Source: Octopus sinensis (taxonomy: Eukaryota). Taken from it: a DNA stretch of 64,000 bases. Made by a program: the position numbers and the translations under genes. The notes under the pieces were generated by a model. It did not search any database, had not been told where the DNA came from, and worked only from the letters and a program-made list of their open reading frames with translations. Position 1 is the stretch's first letter. The number at the start of each line of letters is the position of its first letter. Location: positions 5,392-69,391 of the forward strand of contig NW_021835479.1 of assembly GCF_006345805.1 (NCBI RefSeq). Direction: 5' to 3'. Shown here one piece after another: positions 25,795-39,404 of this stretch.

Positions 25795-25837
<43 letters not shown>

Positions 25838-26447
25838 GTCGATCTATCTACCTATCTATCTATCTTCTAAGATATACATGCGCATAGAAAGACACGTATA
25901 TATTCATATTTTACAGTCATATGCATATATAAATACATATACATAAACACACATACATATATACATATGTATACATATAAGTATATGCATATATAGAGAT
26001 ACATCCAACATACATATGCTTTTATGTATATACACACGTATACAAATATATTTACATTCACACCAACACACACATATGTATATATGATGGTTTATATATA
26101 TATTTATATACACTATATATGATTACATAAAAGCAGATACATACACATACAAATATGACATACATTCATACGTAGATGTATGTGTATGTGTGTATATGCG
26201 TGTGTGTAAATCTGTCTATGCATGTATCTATTTGGCTAATTATATTCCAATCTACCGAGCAATTTATCTATCATAAATTTCCATCAACCGACCTACCTAC
26301 CTAATTACCTACCTACCTATATACTTACCGACAAACCTACCTACCAATTGGCCGACCGTCCTTCCGTCTGTTTGTCTATCTGTCTGCCTGTCTATCTGTC
26401 TATGTATGTATGTATGTATGTATGTATGTATGTATATATGTATGTAG

Positions 26448-26491
<44 letters not shown>

Positions 26492-27156
26492 TTATCGACA
26501 GCGCTTTTAGTTGTCGTTATAACTGACAGCAAATAGTTCGTATTTTCGCTACTGACATACTGACCATATGTCAAGTAAACTTCCGAGGATCTAGCCCCTG
26601 GATCGGCCAAATAAACTAGTACACTTCACCATGGTATTGTGTACTTTTTACATCCTTCGTTAAAACCAACATATATAAATTATTTATACAGAGGGGATGG
26701 GGTCCTCCCTCGTTGGTGTGTATGCATATATGTATAACACATGTGTAAGTATGTCTCAATTGGTCTCGCTTAAATTGACAAGTTTTGATATAAAAGCAAC
26801 AGGATCAATGTTTGTCATTAAGGTAATGACATTAAATATTTATGAACTTAATCATGCTCGTGAATACATTATCGTAGCTGTGCGTGTGTGTGTGTGTGTG
26901 AAAGAGTTTGTGCGTTGCTGAATTTCATTAAAAACTAAACAGTAAATATTCAAGACTCATCATATATTGAGATGAATGCTCAAATGATAGCTTTACTGTT
27001 CATAATTTATAGAGTTTTTACTGAGAGATACAAGGAAGGATTATTTCTACCTGCTTTCTAACTCTTTACCGGTTCATTTTCTTTCTTCTCTCTCTCTCTC
27101 TCTCTCTCTCACTCACTCACTATTTGTCTTTCTCACTCCCTCTATGCTCCTCACTT

Positions 27157-27192
27157 CCTTCTGATGAAGGACTAACTTCCGAAACATTAAGA
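27157..27192 (+). ncRNA. Minimal hammerhead with an extra A; stem III G mutated
   Basis: CCTT-CTGATGA-A-GGA-ctaact-TCC-GAAAC-ATT-AAG. Confidence 0.5.
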
Positions 27193-27430
27193 CATTTCTC
27201 TCTTTCCTTTAAAGCGATAAACCAATAACTTTTTAAAAGTTGTTCCAACTGTGGTGTGTTTCATTGTCCATTATATTTAGTTTTTACCTGCATGCATGTA
27301 TATATACATACATACATAATTTATACTATGTATTAAATATATGTGTGTGTGTGTATGTGTGTGCGTGTGTGTGTAGGCGAATGCGGCGAGCTGGCAGAAT
27401 CGTTAGCACATATATATTTGTTTATATATA

Positions 27431-27474
<44 letters not shown>

Positions 27475-27475
<1 letters not shown>

Positions 27476-27835
27476 TCTCCGAAAAGCCTTAGGATATTTT
27501 TGTAAATGTCTCATTTATAACTACATACATTGACCTACCATAAATGGCTAATATAAGTAAAAATGAGACATACTTATCTACATGGCGAAACAGCTGTAAG
27601 ATGTAGTCTATATTTATATTTATATGTACTTATATTTACATTCCCTTATATATATTCTATTTATTGTATAACATTACTCTTTTATGTACACTCCTTTATG
27701 TACACTGTTTTGTTCTACATTATTATGTTTAACCTTATAGTTTCTTATGTGGTGGTTTAATAAAGTATGTAATTGAGTATTATCTGGTAATTGATATTTT
27801 ATTTCGATGTATTTCTCCATTTTCTTATTTTGTAT
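27475..27835 (+). mobile_element. Second copy of the long-stem-II HHR element, with a degenerate core
   Basis: ctcCGAAAA-GCC...GGC-GAAAC-AGCT-GTA-AGAT (27587-27602) with palindromic ACAGCTGT. Colinear with 5086-5412 and embedded in (TA)n. Confidence 0.75.
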
Positions 27836-27920
27836 TATATATAAATATATACGCATGTATATTCACATACATACATACGTACATATATTACACATATACA
27901 CACACGCACACATATATTTG

Positions 27921-27958
<38 letters not shown>

Positions 27959-27966
27959 TGTATATA

Positions 27967-28017
<51 letters not shown>

Positions 28018-28317
28018 CACGCATATATATTCACATACATAGATATATATACATGCTGAAACACCAACATACATAAGCACTAACACTAATATGTATGAAT
28101 TAATATATTTCTATAATTGATTAATTCACTTAATTGCCATTTCAACTCTATTAATGAGTATGATTTTGCAAATAGCACAAATTTAAAGCGATATCTGAGG
28201 AGAATTGCTGACTATTAGAGCTTCTGATATTAACACCCTTGTTTCCATGTATGCCCATTTTGATGTAAATATTGTTGTACTCGCGTGCGCGCGCACGAAC
28301 TCCAACACACATACACT

Positions 28318-28361
<44 letters not shown>

Positions 28362-28857
28362 GGAATATATATTCAGTATTAGGTGTTGATATGGCTGCGT
28401 GTATCTTATTACAAGAATTCTTACAGAGAAGAAGAAGAAATTTAAGAACTACATATTTACCACATAAGATATATTTTAGTAACTGGTCGATGATAATACA
28501 CAATCAAAATGTAGAATCTAGTTGAATGATGTAATCTATGCAAGAAAGTTTAGAGATAGAATATGTAGAAATAACAGTCATGTGACGTAGAGAAATAGAC
28601 TTACACAGCAATGACGAGAATGGCTCAAAGTTTAATTGACTAAGAAGCGAAGAACAGGGTTAGCAAGCTGTTTTCATTAATGGAACGCTAGACATTCTAG
28701 AAACTTTCAAGAGAAACGCTAAGCTTCTTGAATAATTAAGAATCACGTGTCATGACACATATGCTTCGAGAAACTTTGAAAGGGAGATTACTCTATAATT
28801 TTTCTTGCCAGGAAGTACCTTCAATTATCTAGCTGCCGCTACACACACACACACACA

Positions 28858-28903
<46 letters not shown>

Positions 28904-29134
28904 GCACACGCACACGCACACACACATACACATATAAATTGCCAGTTATCCTAGGATAACTTATCCTCTTATGTGTTTTAAATGTACACAGTATTTAAAT
29001 GAAATAATATATAGTCTATTGACTAATTTTTCTACACGCTAACCCACTAGTAGTAAAAATTTCTAAAATTTTTCCTACCCTAATATGATTAACTATATAT
29101 ATATATATATATACTTAGATAAATTGCGGCCGGA

Positions 29135-29551
29135 ATCGCACCACCTGGAGAAGACATTTAATGATCCTTCATATAACAGTCATTCTTTGGGCATCCTCCA
29201 TCAAGTCGTCCTAACGAGACGTCTGCGTTGGCTGGGTCATGCCCTCTGTTGTCAACCAGGAGAATTTATCTACGAAGCAATTGCCCCAGCACCCCTTCAG
29301 GGCTGGTGAAAGCGATGTGGTGGACAACGAAAAACCTGGCTGATGACAGTCAAAGCTGATCTGGAACCCAACCTAGGCCGCCATCTCTACGGCGTTCGCC
29401 GCTGGAATAAGGAGTGGTTGGAGATCACGCGGTCGTTAGCCTCAAATCGCCAGGCCTGGTCGGCGTTTGTGAGAGATGCAGCATTGAGGATGAATGAAGC
29501 CAGCTCAACCCACCACGGGTGAATGCTGTCTCAAGTCAAGTCAAGTCAAGT
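29135..29551 (+). mobile_element. 5'-truncated RTE-type LINE 3' end
   Basis: VVLTRRLRWLGHAL...GGQRKTWLMTVKADL...WNKEW...ASNRQAWSAFVRD with an internal stop, followed by a (CAAGT)4 tail at 29532-29551. Confidence 0.85.
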
Positions 29552-29975
29552 AGCCTATTTGAGTAAAGAATTATTGTTAGCAGAGATTTATCTAGGTGTA
29601 GGCTGTTTATCTGGAGATATTGTTGGAGATGTTCGTCCAGAACACGTTTGTATATCATGAAATCTTTTTCTTCTCTTTTGAATCTTGGAATTAAAGAGAG
29701 GAAGGGCAATTGCGGTGAAATCATTCTGTCTTAGTGTTATGATGTGACGCTAGCATGATTTATGAAGAGGACACGACGGCTCAGGCACATTCGAGCTACT
29801 ATTAGTTTCATGCTATGAAAACACAGTAAACTGGCAAGCTTATGTATCATACCCTGCATTTTAAATGGGATATATCTCTTACTGGTTGATGTACATTTTT
29901 TTTTGCTGGTCCCACCAACACACCAATAAGGAAACAGTAAATTACACATATGTATATATGTATATATATATATGT

Positions 29976-30025
<50 letters not shown>

Positions 30026-30625
30026 GTCTATGTACGCACACATACACAGTTACATATATGAATATATACTTGAAGGAAGAGAGAGAGAGACAGCGAGAGA
30101 AAGTGTGTTGTAAATGAGAATAGCTACGTATTTGTACGTTTCCATCATGTTTTATTGGAACGACACCGGAAGTTTGTCAGCGATAAAATACGACTTTGCA
30201 AAGCAACGTCTCAAAACAAAAATCACATACATAAGTGTGTATGTGTGATTGAACATGTGTTTGTGTGTGTGTGTGTATGTGTGTGTGTGTGGGGGGGTGT
30301 AATGCGTATCTTTACACGTATATACATGTATACATGTATATTACATCCAATATACGTTTACAACGTTTGGTTTTGTGCGTCGTGAAACTCATTTCGGTTA
30401 TTCTTCCTACCCCCAACTCACCCACTTTATTCCTTCCCTGGGCAAGGGGCTTTAGCTGCACTTTATCAGACTGCTACTGAAATTTGATGCAAGTACACCG
30501 CGATAGTCCTTGTCAATTTTCTAAGACTTTATACATAAGAGTAGGTTTCTTCCTTCACAATGCCGCTTGAAAATAATAACCTTCAAATTGCAATAAAGAC
30601 AAGGAATATGACAGTATTATTATTA

Positions 30626-30670
<45 letters not shown>

Positions 30671-30808
30671 CATTATTATTATTTTTATTTTTTTTTTTTC
30701 TGCAATCATTTATTTCATATTGCTAATTCTGCAGCTGCAAATTCGAATGAAATATTGTCGCACTCTGTCGAAGATAAGTTTTACGTAGCCGGGCGTATGT
30801 AGAGGGAG

Positions 30809-30895
<87 letters not shown>

Positions 30896-31072
30896 TGTGT
30901 GTGTGTGTGTGTACATATGTATATACGTACATCCATATATATACATATATATATACATATACATACACATGTAAATATATATATATACCCGCACATATAT
31001 ATACACATACATATATACAAACACACACACAAACATATATATATATACATACTAAACGTATATATACGTACA

Positions 31073-31107
<35 letters not shown>

Positions 31108-31108
<1 letters not shown>

Positions 31109-31313
31109 TAATCCAAACATGAAAACACAAAGAGAGAACACAACAACGCGAGGAAGTGGAACAAGTATAGTATTATTGGACGCTCGGGAAAGGAAAGAAA
31201 GGAGGATTCAACGTTTCGAGCGGAGCTCTTCGTCAGAAACATAGGAAAAGGAAAGATCCAAAGAAGGGAAGACGGAGGAAAAAAATCGCCAACGGTACAC
31301 ATGCAGTCACATT

Positions 31314-31320
<7 letters not shown>
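31108..31320 (-). mobile_element. Short pyrimidine-rich HHR-bearing element inserted in (TA)n
   Basis: Bounded by (TA)n on both sides. Shares the HHR-then-gagcgt..aata layout with the 9735, 15040, 27060 and 58620 elements. Confidence 0.6.
31206..31240 (-). ncRNA. Minimal (dimer-type) hammerhead with an extra A after A9
   Basis: GTTT-CTGACGA-A-GAGC-TCC-GCTC-GAAAC-GTT-GAAT, containing the palindrome AACGTT. Confidence 0.65.
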
Positions 31321-31348
<28 letters not shown>

Positions 31349-31938
31349 TACACGCAACACACACACATATGTACTTGCGTAAATATGTGCAGTAACTGAA
31401 CCGAAGGACGCTGTAGTCCGATGACGTAATTCATAGTCCAGACTGGCGTGTTCAGAAGCATTGACTTTAAGGTGAGTACCACCTCCGAGGCAGTTACCGC
31501 AGCGAATATATTTCCGCTTTTCAATGTACATGAATGTTTTGAATGTAAGTGTACACAACTTTGTATATATACATACACATATACATATGTGTATGCATAC
31601 ATGAAAATATGTATGTGTGTGTGTATGTATATATGTATCCTTACACACACACACACGCACAGTTCTGTAGAAAATATTATGGTGCATATGCTGCCGCAGA
31701 TATCTTCCTTCGAGGATCTGGAAAAAGATTCTAGTAACGATTCTAGACGAGTTTATCCTTCTCCGCCTCTTCCCATCAAAGGTTTTCGGTATTCCTCTAT
31801 AGGGGTGGTCACGGGTCCTGAAAACACATATACCTACACATGTGAAAACACACATACAAACACATTCCCGTGATGTATTTCGCATGCTCTGCAACTTCGA
31901 CATAAATTCTTGCAAGCACACACAATGATATCATATAT

Positions 31939-32165
31939 TCTTTTATTCATTTACTTGTTCCAGTCATTTGACTGCGGCCATGCTAGAGCACCGCCTTTTA
32001 GTCGAAGAAAATCGACCCCAGAACACATTCTTTGTAAGCCCGGTGCTTACCCTATCGGTCCCTTTAGCCAAATGGCTATGTTACAGGGACGTAGACAAAC
32101 CAGCATCGGTTGTCAAGCGATGGTCGGAACGGACAAACAGCGACACAAAGACACACATAAATACA

Positions 32166-32210
<45 letters not shown>

Positions 32211-32367
32211 AGCTTCTTTTCAGTTCCCGTCTATCAAATCCACTCACAATGCTTTGGTTGGGCCGAGGCTATAGTCGAAGATACTTCCCCAAAGTGTCAT
32301 GTAGTGGGACTGAACCCGGAACCATGTGGTTGGGAAGCAAGCTTCTTACCACACAGCCTGCGCTACA
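31939..32367 (-). mobile_element. SINE family B
   Basis: Reverse-complement homology, internal (CA)n. Confidence 0.9.
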
Positions 32368-32762
32368 CATGTACAATATCACGTTGCTGCGTATTTAAAT
32401 GTCTAATCCAAAGCAAAACTTGATAACAAAAAATTTTAGAGAATCAAATATCTTAGTACCCACTCAGAAGAGAGTCTTCGAGTAACACATCATAGTTTAA
32501 TGGCCACTGCACCGAAGTGTGCGTGCGACCCCCAAAATATATAGGCTGCAGGCCTGCCAACTTCCAGTTTCTGTAAGCATTTAAATCTCTATTCGGTGGT
32601 CATTGACTTACTTACAGACACACGTCCGCGCGCACTCACAGTAGTGAGACAGAAAGATTGACAAGAGGAAGGGCAGATCTAGGTCTGAAGAGGAACAGTC
32701 GCAACATGAAATACAACTTTGGGGTGTATTGACATGCGTGCTTCTGCATCTGTTTGCTTGCC

Positions 32763-32798
<36 letters not shown>

Positions 32799-32970
32799 CG
32801 TGTGTGTGTGTTCGTGTGTGTGTTCTGTTACCAATATGCCTTACGTCTGCCTCAGTGAAATTTGTGTTCACTTTAATAAAGACTCTGCAAGTGTTATTGA
32901 GTTTGGTCGGCTGTTGACATATTTGAAACACTTCAAACAACCTGGCCATATACATATAAACACACGCACG

Positions 32971-33003
<33 letters not shown>

Positions 33004-33158
33004 CACACACACATTCTGTTTGTATGTTTACGGGCTTATTTGTGCATATGATACCAGTGTAAGCAAACGTTGGCACAAACGATTGGGTACAAATTTCTTC
33101 ATATATAAACGAGAGGAGAAATACTCACGCTCTCGCAACAATACATATATACACTCAA

Positions 33159-33212
<54 letters not shown>

Positions 33213-33541
33213 TCCAGATTCATTCATGTACTTATGTTTGCGTGCGTATTTGCTTGTAGTACGTATAATACCATTTTCTTTCCCCGCCGGCTATATATCA
33301 ACCACACACACACACACACATACGGACCATATTTCATAGTCTTCTTCTTAGCCCACACGTAATTTATGTCTTCACCTTCCACCCTGTGAATGGCACCCCA
33401 CTCCACCTACTTCGTGTGTAGCCCTCTCAATAAAACATCCCTTCCTTTGCAGTCGATCCAGTCAGTTCGCCAACCTCTTCTCTTTCATTACCGAATAAAA
33501 AGCCTCAGACAAGGCCGTGTCGTTATGGGGTTTGATTAGCA

Positions 33542-33572
<31 letters not shown>

Positions 33573-33648
33573 ACTACTACTATTATTATTTTAGTTATTA
33601 TTATTATTATATTATTATTATTATTCTTATTTATTATTATTATTCTGA

Positions 33649-34220
33649 AGGCGGCGAGCTGGCTGAATCGTTAGCACGCTGGACAAAAGGCTAAACGATA
33701 TTTCGCCCGTCGCTGCATTCTGAGTTCAAATTAGACGGCTGTCGACTATGCCTTTCATCCTTTCGAGATCGATAAAATAAGTACCAGTGAAATTCTGGGG
33801 TCAATATAATCGACTACAAGGCCTAAAACTTCAGGCCTTGTACCTATAATAGAGTGGATTATTATTATTAATTATATTATTATTATTATTATTATTATTA
33901 AGGCGGCGAGCTGCCAGAATCGTTAGCACGCAGGGAAAAATACTTAGCGGCATTTCGTCCGTCTTCAAGTTCTGAGTTCAAATTCCGCCGAGGTCGACAT
34001 TGCATTTCATCCTTTCGGGGTCGATTAAATAAGTACCAGTTACGTACTAGAGGATCGATGTAATCGACTTAATACATTTCCTCAAATTTGAGGCCTTGTG
34101 CTTCCAGTAGAAAGGACTATTATTATTACTACTACTACTACTACTACTATTAAGGGGTCGATAAAATAAGTACCAGCTGAGAACTAGAGTACCCCGAACT
34201 TGTTTACCTAGTACCAAAAA
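33649..34220 (+). mobile_element. Tandem SINE family A monomers separated by (ATT)n/(ACT)n
   Basis: Monomers at 33649-33860 and 33902-34115, plus a fragment at ~34153-34220. Confidence 0.85.
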
Positions 34221-34329
34221 TTATTATTATTATCATTGTTTATAATGTATTCAATGAATCCTTCATATTCTGAAGTGGTAAGGTGGAGTGTAAGCAAGAT
34301 TCAGCAGCTATTTTTAGAAGCTCGAAAGG

Positions 34330-34520
34330 CAGTGGTTCTCAACCAATTTTTTTTTTTATCTATGGACCCCTTTGATTACTATTTTATTCGGCTGGGCCCC
34401 CGTTGATATACGATGTTTATAAACTTGTTTTATAAATACTTTCTTTCAAATTCCTATTTTGTTATTCACGCAGTAACTTGCATAAGTTGAACTGTGTAAA
34501 ATGCTAAAGAAACTTAGCTA
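34330..34520 (+). mobile_element. hAT(Charlie)-like non-autonomous element, left end
   Basis: Starts CAGTGGTTCTCAACC...atggacccc. No right TIR found; a SINE follows. Confidence 0.5.
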
Positions 34521-34537
34521 TTTCTTGCAATAGATAT

Positions 34538-34764
34538 ATATTTCTTTACTACCCACAAGGGGCTAAACATAGAGGGGACAAACAAGGACAGACAAAGGGA
34601 TTAAGTCGATTACATCGACCCAGTGCGAAACTGGGACTTTATTTATCGACCCCGAGAGGATAAAAGGCAAAGTCGACCTCGGCGGAATTTGAACTCAGAA
34701 CGTAACGACAGACGAAATACCGCTGAGCATTTCGCCCGGCGCGCTAACGTTTCTGCCAGCTCGA
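34538..34764 (-). mobile_element. SINE family A monomer with the trimer-type tail
   Basis: Tail tttgtctgtccttgtttgtcc...gtagtaaagaaata, as in monomers 1-2 of the trimer. Confidence 0.9.
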
Positions 34765-34787
34765 GATATATTTAAACCAAAACTTTC

Positions 34788-34939
34788 GGCGTAGGAGTGG
34801 CTGTGTGGTAAGTAGCTTGCTTACCAGGCACATGGTTCCGAGTTCAGTCCCACCTGGGCAAGTGTCTTCTGCTATAGCCTCGGGCCGACCAAAGCCTTGT
34901 GAGTGGATTTGGTAGACGGAAAACTGAAAGAAGCCCGTC

Positions 34940-34991
<52 letters not shown>

Positions 34992-35157
34992 GTGTGTGTG
35001 TGTGTGTCTGTGTTTGTCCCCCCAACATCGCTTGACAACCGATGCTGGTGTGTTTACGTCCCCGTAACTTAGCGGTTCGGCAAAAGAGACCGATAGAATA
35101 AGTACTAGGCTTATAAAGAATAAGTCCTGGGGTCGATTTGCTCGACTAAAGGCGGTG
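34788..35157 (+). mobile_element. SINE family B (tRNA head, CORE-like left arm, internal microsatellite, right arm)
   Basis: ggcgtaggagtggctgtgtggtaag...gggcaagtgtcttct...gaagcccgtcg-(TA)n(TG)n-tttgtcccccc...cgtaacttagcggttcggcaaaagagaccg. Confidence 0.9.
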
Positions 35158-35476
35158 GTAATCGACTTAATCCCATCCTCCAAATTTGAAGCCTAGTGCT
35201 TCCAGTACAATGGATTATTATCATTATCATTATAGCAATGGATGGTAGAAGGGTGAGAGTAATTAGTGGGATCGGGTTAATCGACTACAGCTTTGTAACG
35301 AAGGTCTCCCGAGAAAAACTTTTCACCTCTAACTCCAAAAATATGTGAACTGGTGCCAATTCAAATAAAAGAAACTAATCATTATCTTATGCTCAACAAA
35401 ACCTGCCTACATTTTTATATATCTCTTGAAGAATTCAGTATCTTCCCATATATATATATATATATTCCTGTATGTT

Positions 35477-35523
<47 letters not shown>

Positions 35524-36289
35524 TCATATATGTTTTATATATATGTGTGTGTGTGTCTTTGGTCTGTGTGTGAATACACACAGACACACACATATTGTCT
35601 AGAAAAACAAGCTATTAATGTTTAAAAGAAAATTCTTCATAACATTTAGATTTAATATAAAACATGTATTTTATTTTGTGGTATATTTGCAGTTCTTGGT
35701 TTTATGTTAAATTTATTGGCATCTTGTGTTGCAAGATAAAATGGTAAGAATGCTGTAATGTTTGTGTGTGTGTGTGCTTGCGCGTGTGTGTGTATGTATG
35801 TGCGTGTGTGTGAATGATCTTAGGCCGCTTACGAAATTTAATCTGTTCGTATTAACTACGTAGTTCGAGAAATTTAAAAAAAATAATAACGAGCAAAATT
35901 GCTTCATTAAAACAACATAAAACGAAGAGAAATACCCTTTACCTTTATACTCACGCGCGCACACATGCACACACACAATTGAGAGATGTGTATATCCTTG
36001 GGGTACATTTCTAGAAAACAAATATTACATACATCTACGTGCGTGCAATTCTTACTCTTATCTCATAAAGAAGCGTGCGTCAATCCACCCAGTTTCACTC
36101 TTCCTCACAATTCCCACTAGCCTCTCTACCTCTTTCTCTCCCACATATATTGCAAGTAGTAGGTGAGAAGGTGTCAAAGGACATAATACAACAGGTCAAT
36201 ACATTAAATGCTAAAACCAAACCAAGGGCCTAAACTCCGATCTGAATCAAGAACCAGGACACAGGATGCATAGAGAAAAGAGTTGGCAA

Positions 36290-36450
36290 TAGCCAATTGG
36301 GACCAGGTGATGCGTTGTGGTCTTGAGCGGGACAATTTATTCATGATGTTTCAGTCACTTAGCTGTTGGAAATGAGTGATCCTTCAACGGACCGGCGTCC
36401 TGTCCAGGGAAGAATATATACGCCAGAGAAAATGGCCCTATGTTCCTTAC
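36290..36450 (+). mobile_element. SINE family C, decayed
   Basis: gatgcgttgtggtcttgagc...acggaccggcgtcctgtccaggg. Confidence 0.7.
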
Positions 36451-36544
36451 AGAGTAATATGGACTAACCATTGGCAATGTCTCGAGTTGGTATAGGTTTA
36501 TACTAGGACATGATATGAACTGGCGGTTGCAAGGCATATATGTA

Positions 36545-37110
36545 TTGGGTTGTCCGGAAATTTCGCGCCGATTTATAGTAGCTTACCTTTCGACTTATTT
36601 TAGAACATGGTTGAGTCCATAAAATAGGATTTGACTGCACCTCCATTTAGAGCACAGTTTAAGCTATCTTTTCGTGGAAGAAGGTTTATGTTCCTATAAC
36701 CTGTGTTAATTCTGTAACCCTTTAAAATGGAAGATGAGATAGTTCATTTTCGGCACTTGATTCTTTGGGGACAAGACAAAAATTGCTGCAGCTCGGCTGG
36801 GATGTGTTACCCCACCCTCCATATTCACCAGATATTGTTCCTTTGGATTTTCAGTTACTCAGGTCTCTGCAGAATAGTCTTAATGGTAAAAATTTCAATT
36901 CCTTGGATGACGTAAAAAGGTACCTTGATGAGTTCTTTGCCATGAAACCACCTCAGTTCTGGGAATGGGGTATTTTCAAGTTAAAGGAAAGATGGAGACA
37001 CATCGTGCAACAAAATGGTTTATATTTGGTTGATTAAAAATGTAATGGCAAGTATTTATTGACCTTTTTTTTTACTTTAAAAATCGGCACGAACTTTCCG
37101 GACAACCCAA
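36545..37110 (+). mobile_element. Internally deleted mariner (Tc1/mariner) DNA transposon
   Basis: TIRs ttgggttgtccggaaatttcgcgccgattt and aaatcggcacgaactttccggacaacccaa, flanked by TA. N-terminus MEDEIVHFRHLILW (36727) joins directly to the C-terminus QKLLQLGWDVLPHPPYSPDIVPLDFQLLRSLQNSLNGKNF...KLKERWRHIVQQNGLY. Confidence 0.95.
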
Positions 37111-37112
37111 TA

Positions 37113-37118
37113 TATATG

Positions 37119-37156
<38 letters not shown>

Positions 37157-37295
37157 TCCACCCCCACTCCACCAACATCGCTTGACAACCGATGCTTGTG
37201 TGTTTACGTCCCCGTAACTTAGCGGTTCGGCAAAAGACACCGACGGAATAAGTAATAGGCTTACAAAGACTGAAACAAGTAAAAGAGTAAAACGG
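37113..37295 (+). mobile_element. SINE family B right arm, directly after the mariner
   Basis: (TA)(TG)n then aacatcgcttgacaaccgatgc...gactgaaacaagtaaaagagtaaa. Confidence 0.9.
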
Positions 37296-37332
37296 ATACA
37301 ATTAATTTGTTGTAACTTTGACAAATCCAGCC

Positions 37333-37370
<38 letters not shown>

Positions 37371-37527
37371 AGCGGTCAGTTTCTATTAATGTTACAATCT
37401 AAAAAACGTTTCTGGTGAAACTAAAGTTGCTCTCATTTCTTTGAAAAATAATTAAACCCTGTTTCTTATATCAAGTTCATGTTTGTTGTTTTCATAATTA
37501 AAAATATCTTTCTTCAGTGTTCCTTTT

Positions 37528-37570
<43 letters not shown>

Positions 37571-37609
37571 ACACACACACACATACACACACTCGCATAT
37601 ACATGCGTT

Positions 37610-37681
<72 letters not shown>

Positions 37682-38061
37682 AATGTGTGTGTGTGTGTCT
37701 GTGTGCGTGTATTTATATGTACACATACACACACGCGCACAGACAAGCAAACACGCACACATACACACACCCATACACTGAAATATATACTACACAGGAA
37801 TGTAAGGTATAGAATGAGATGGTAAGGAATGAAATTACATAAATCCATGCTTACGTTACGCTCGTTCAGTGCATGCCGAAGGTTTGAACGATATCTGCGA
37901 CCAAGATATCTTGGAAAGAGCGACATCTGTGGCAAGCTTCAGAACAACATGAGTCACGTAAGAACGGTATTTTAATAAACGAGATATCAGGAACATGGAC
38001 AAAACCCACAGTTTACATGTATTACTTTCTAACGTCCTAATTCCTTCCTCTTTCTCTCTCT

Positions 38062-38121
<60 letters not shown>

Positions 38122-38322
38122 CCATTCTCTTCGCCTTCTTTCGAATACCCAACGTACATGCATACATACATATATGTATGTGTTTGTGTGCGTGTGTGTG
38201 TGTAACTATATACACACACACACATACATATAAATGCATACATGTGTGTCTATATATATATACACATACATTTACATATGCACAATTATACGTACATGTT
38301 TATGCATATATGCGCATATATA

Positions 38323-38712
38323 GGCGTAGGAGTGGCTGTGTGGTAAGTAGCTTGCTTACGAACCACATGGTTCCGTGGCACCTTGGGCAAGTGTCTTCTA
38401 CTATAGCCTCGGGCCGACCAAACCCAAGTGAGTGGATTTGGTAGACGGAAACTAAAAGAAGACCGTCGTGTATATGTATATATATGTGTGTGTGTGTGTA
38501 TATATGTTTGTGTGTCTGTGTTTGTCCCCCAACATCGCTTGACAACCGATACTGGTGTGTTTACGTCCCCGTAACTTAGCTGTTCGGCAAAAGAGACCGA
38601 CAAAATAAGTACTAGGCTTACAAAGAATAAGTCCTGGGCTCGGTTTGCTCGAGTAAAGGCGGTGCTCCAGCATGGCAGCAGTCAAATGACTGAAACGAGT
38701 AAAAAGAGTAAA
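38323..38712 (+). mobile_element. SINE family B, near full length
   Basis: Same architecture, ending tgactgaaacgagtaaaaagagtaaa. Confidence 0.9.
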
Positions 38713-39404
38713 CAGAGTATATACACAAACATATGTACGTACATATAAGTATATACATTTGTGCGTATATACGTACACATATACACACAAATGCATATAT
38801 ATACGCACATATATGCCTGTCTATATATATATACACACACGTAATGTAAAGGAGGTCATGAGTCATTTGCATATAATGTGTTGTTTCATTTTGCATGTGT
38901 GCAGTATGTGTGTGTGTGTGCAGGTTCGTTTGTGTGTGATTATGTATAAGATGTACTTTCCTCTCCAAATATACACGACAAAATAGATTCATAAACGAGA
39001 GTGTACGTGTTACGTATGTATGTATGTATGTATACACACACACACTTATAGACACACACATACACGTTTGTGCATTTACATGTTTCGTGAAAGTGTATAT
39101 GTCACCCTATATTTGTATATCTCTGTAATAGGATATGTCTGTAGATATTCTCAGTTTGGTTGTTGGCGTTTTGTATGTATTTGTGCATTGATGCGTATGT
39201 ACAAGTGTGGGTGTCTGTGTGACCATATCTATGTCATTCTCCTTCAAATAAACTAGGACACTTATTTGATTGCACGTAAAATTCGTCAAAGACCTGCCAA
39301 CCATTCCATCCATTGCAGTTAAAGTGAGGCTTGCAAAAATGGTTGCATCCGTCTGTTATAAATTCTCTGGTAGCTTTTCAGACATTGGACTGAAGCCGGG
39401 TTGG

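Noticed and set aside
31393-31477. Exon ending at the strong donor AAG|GTGAGT (31472)
   Set aside because: All frames from the best acceptor contain stops.
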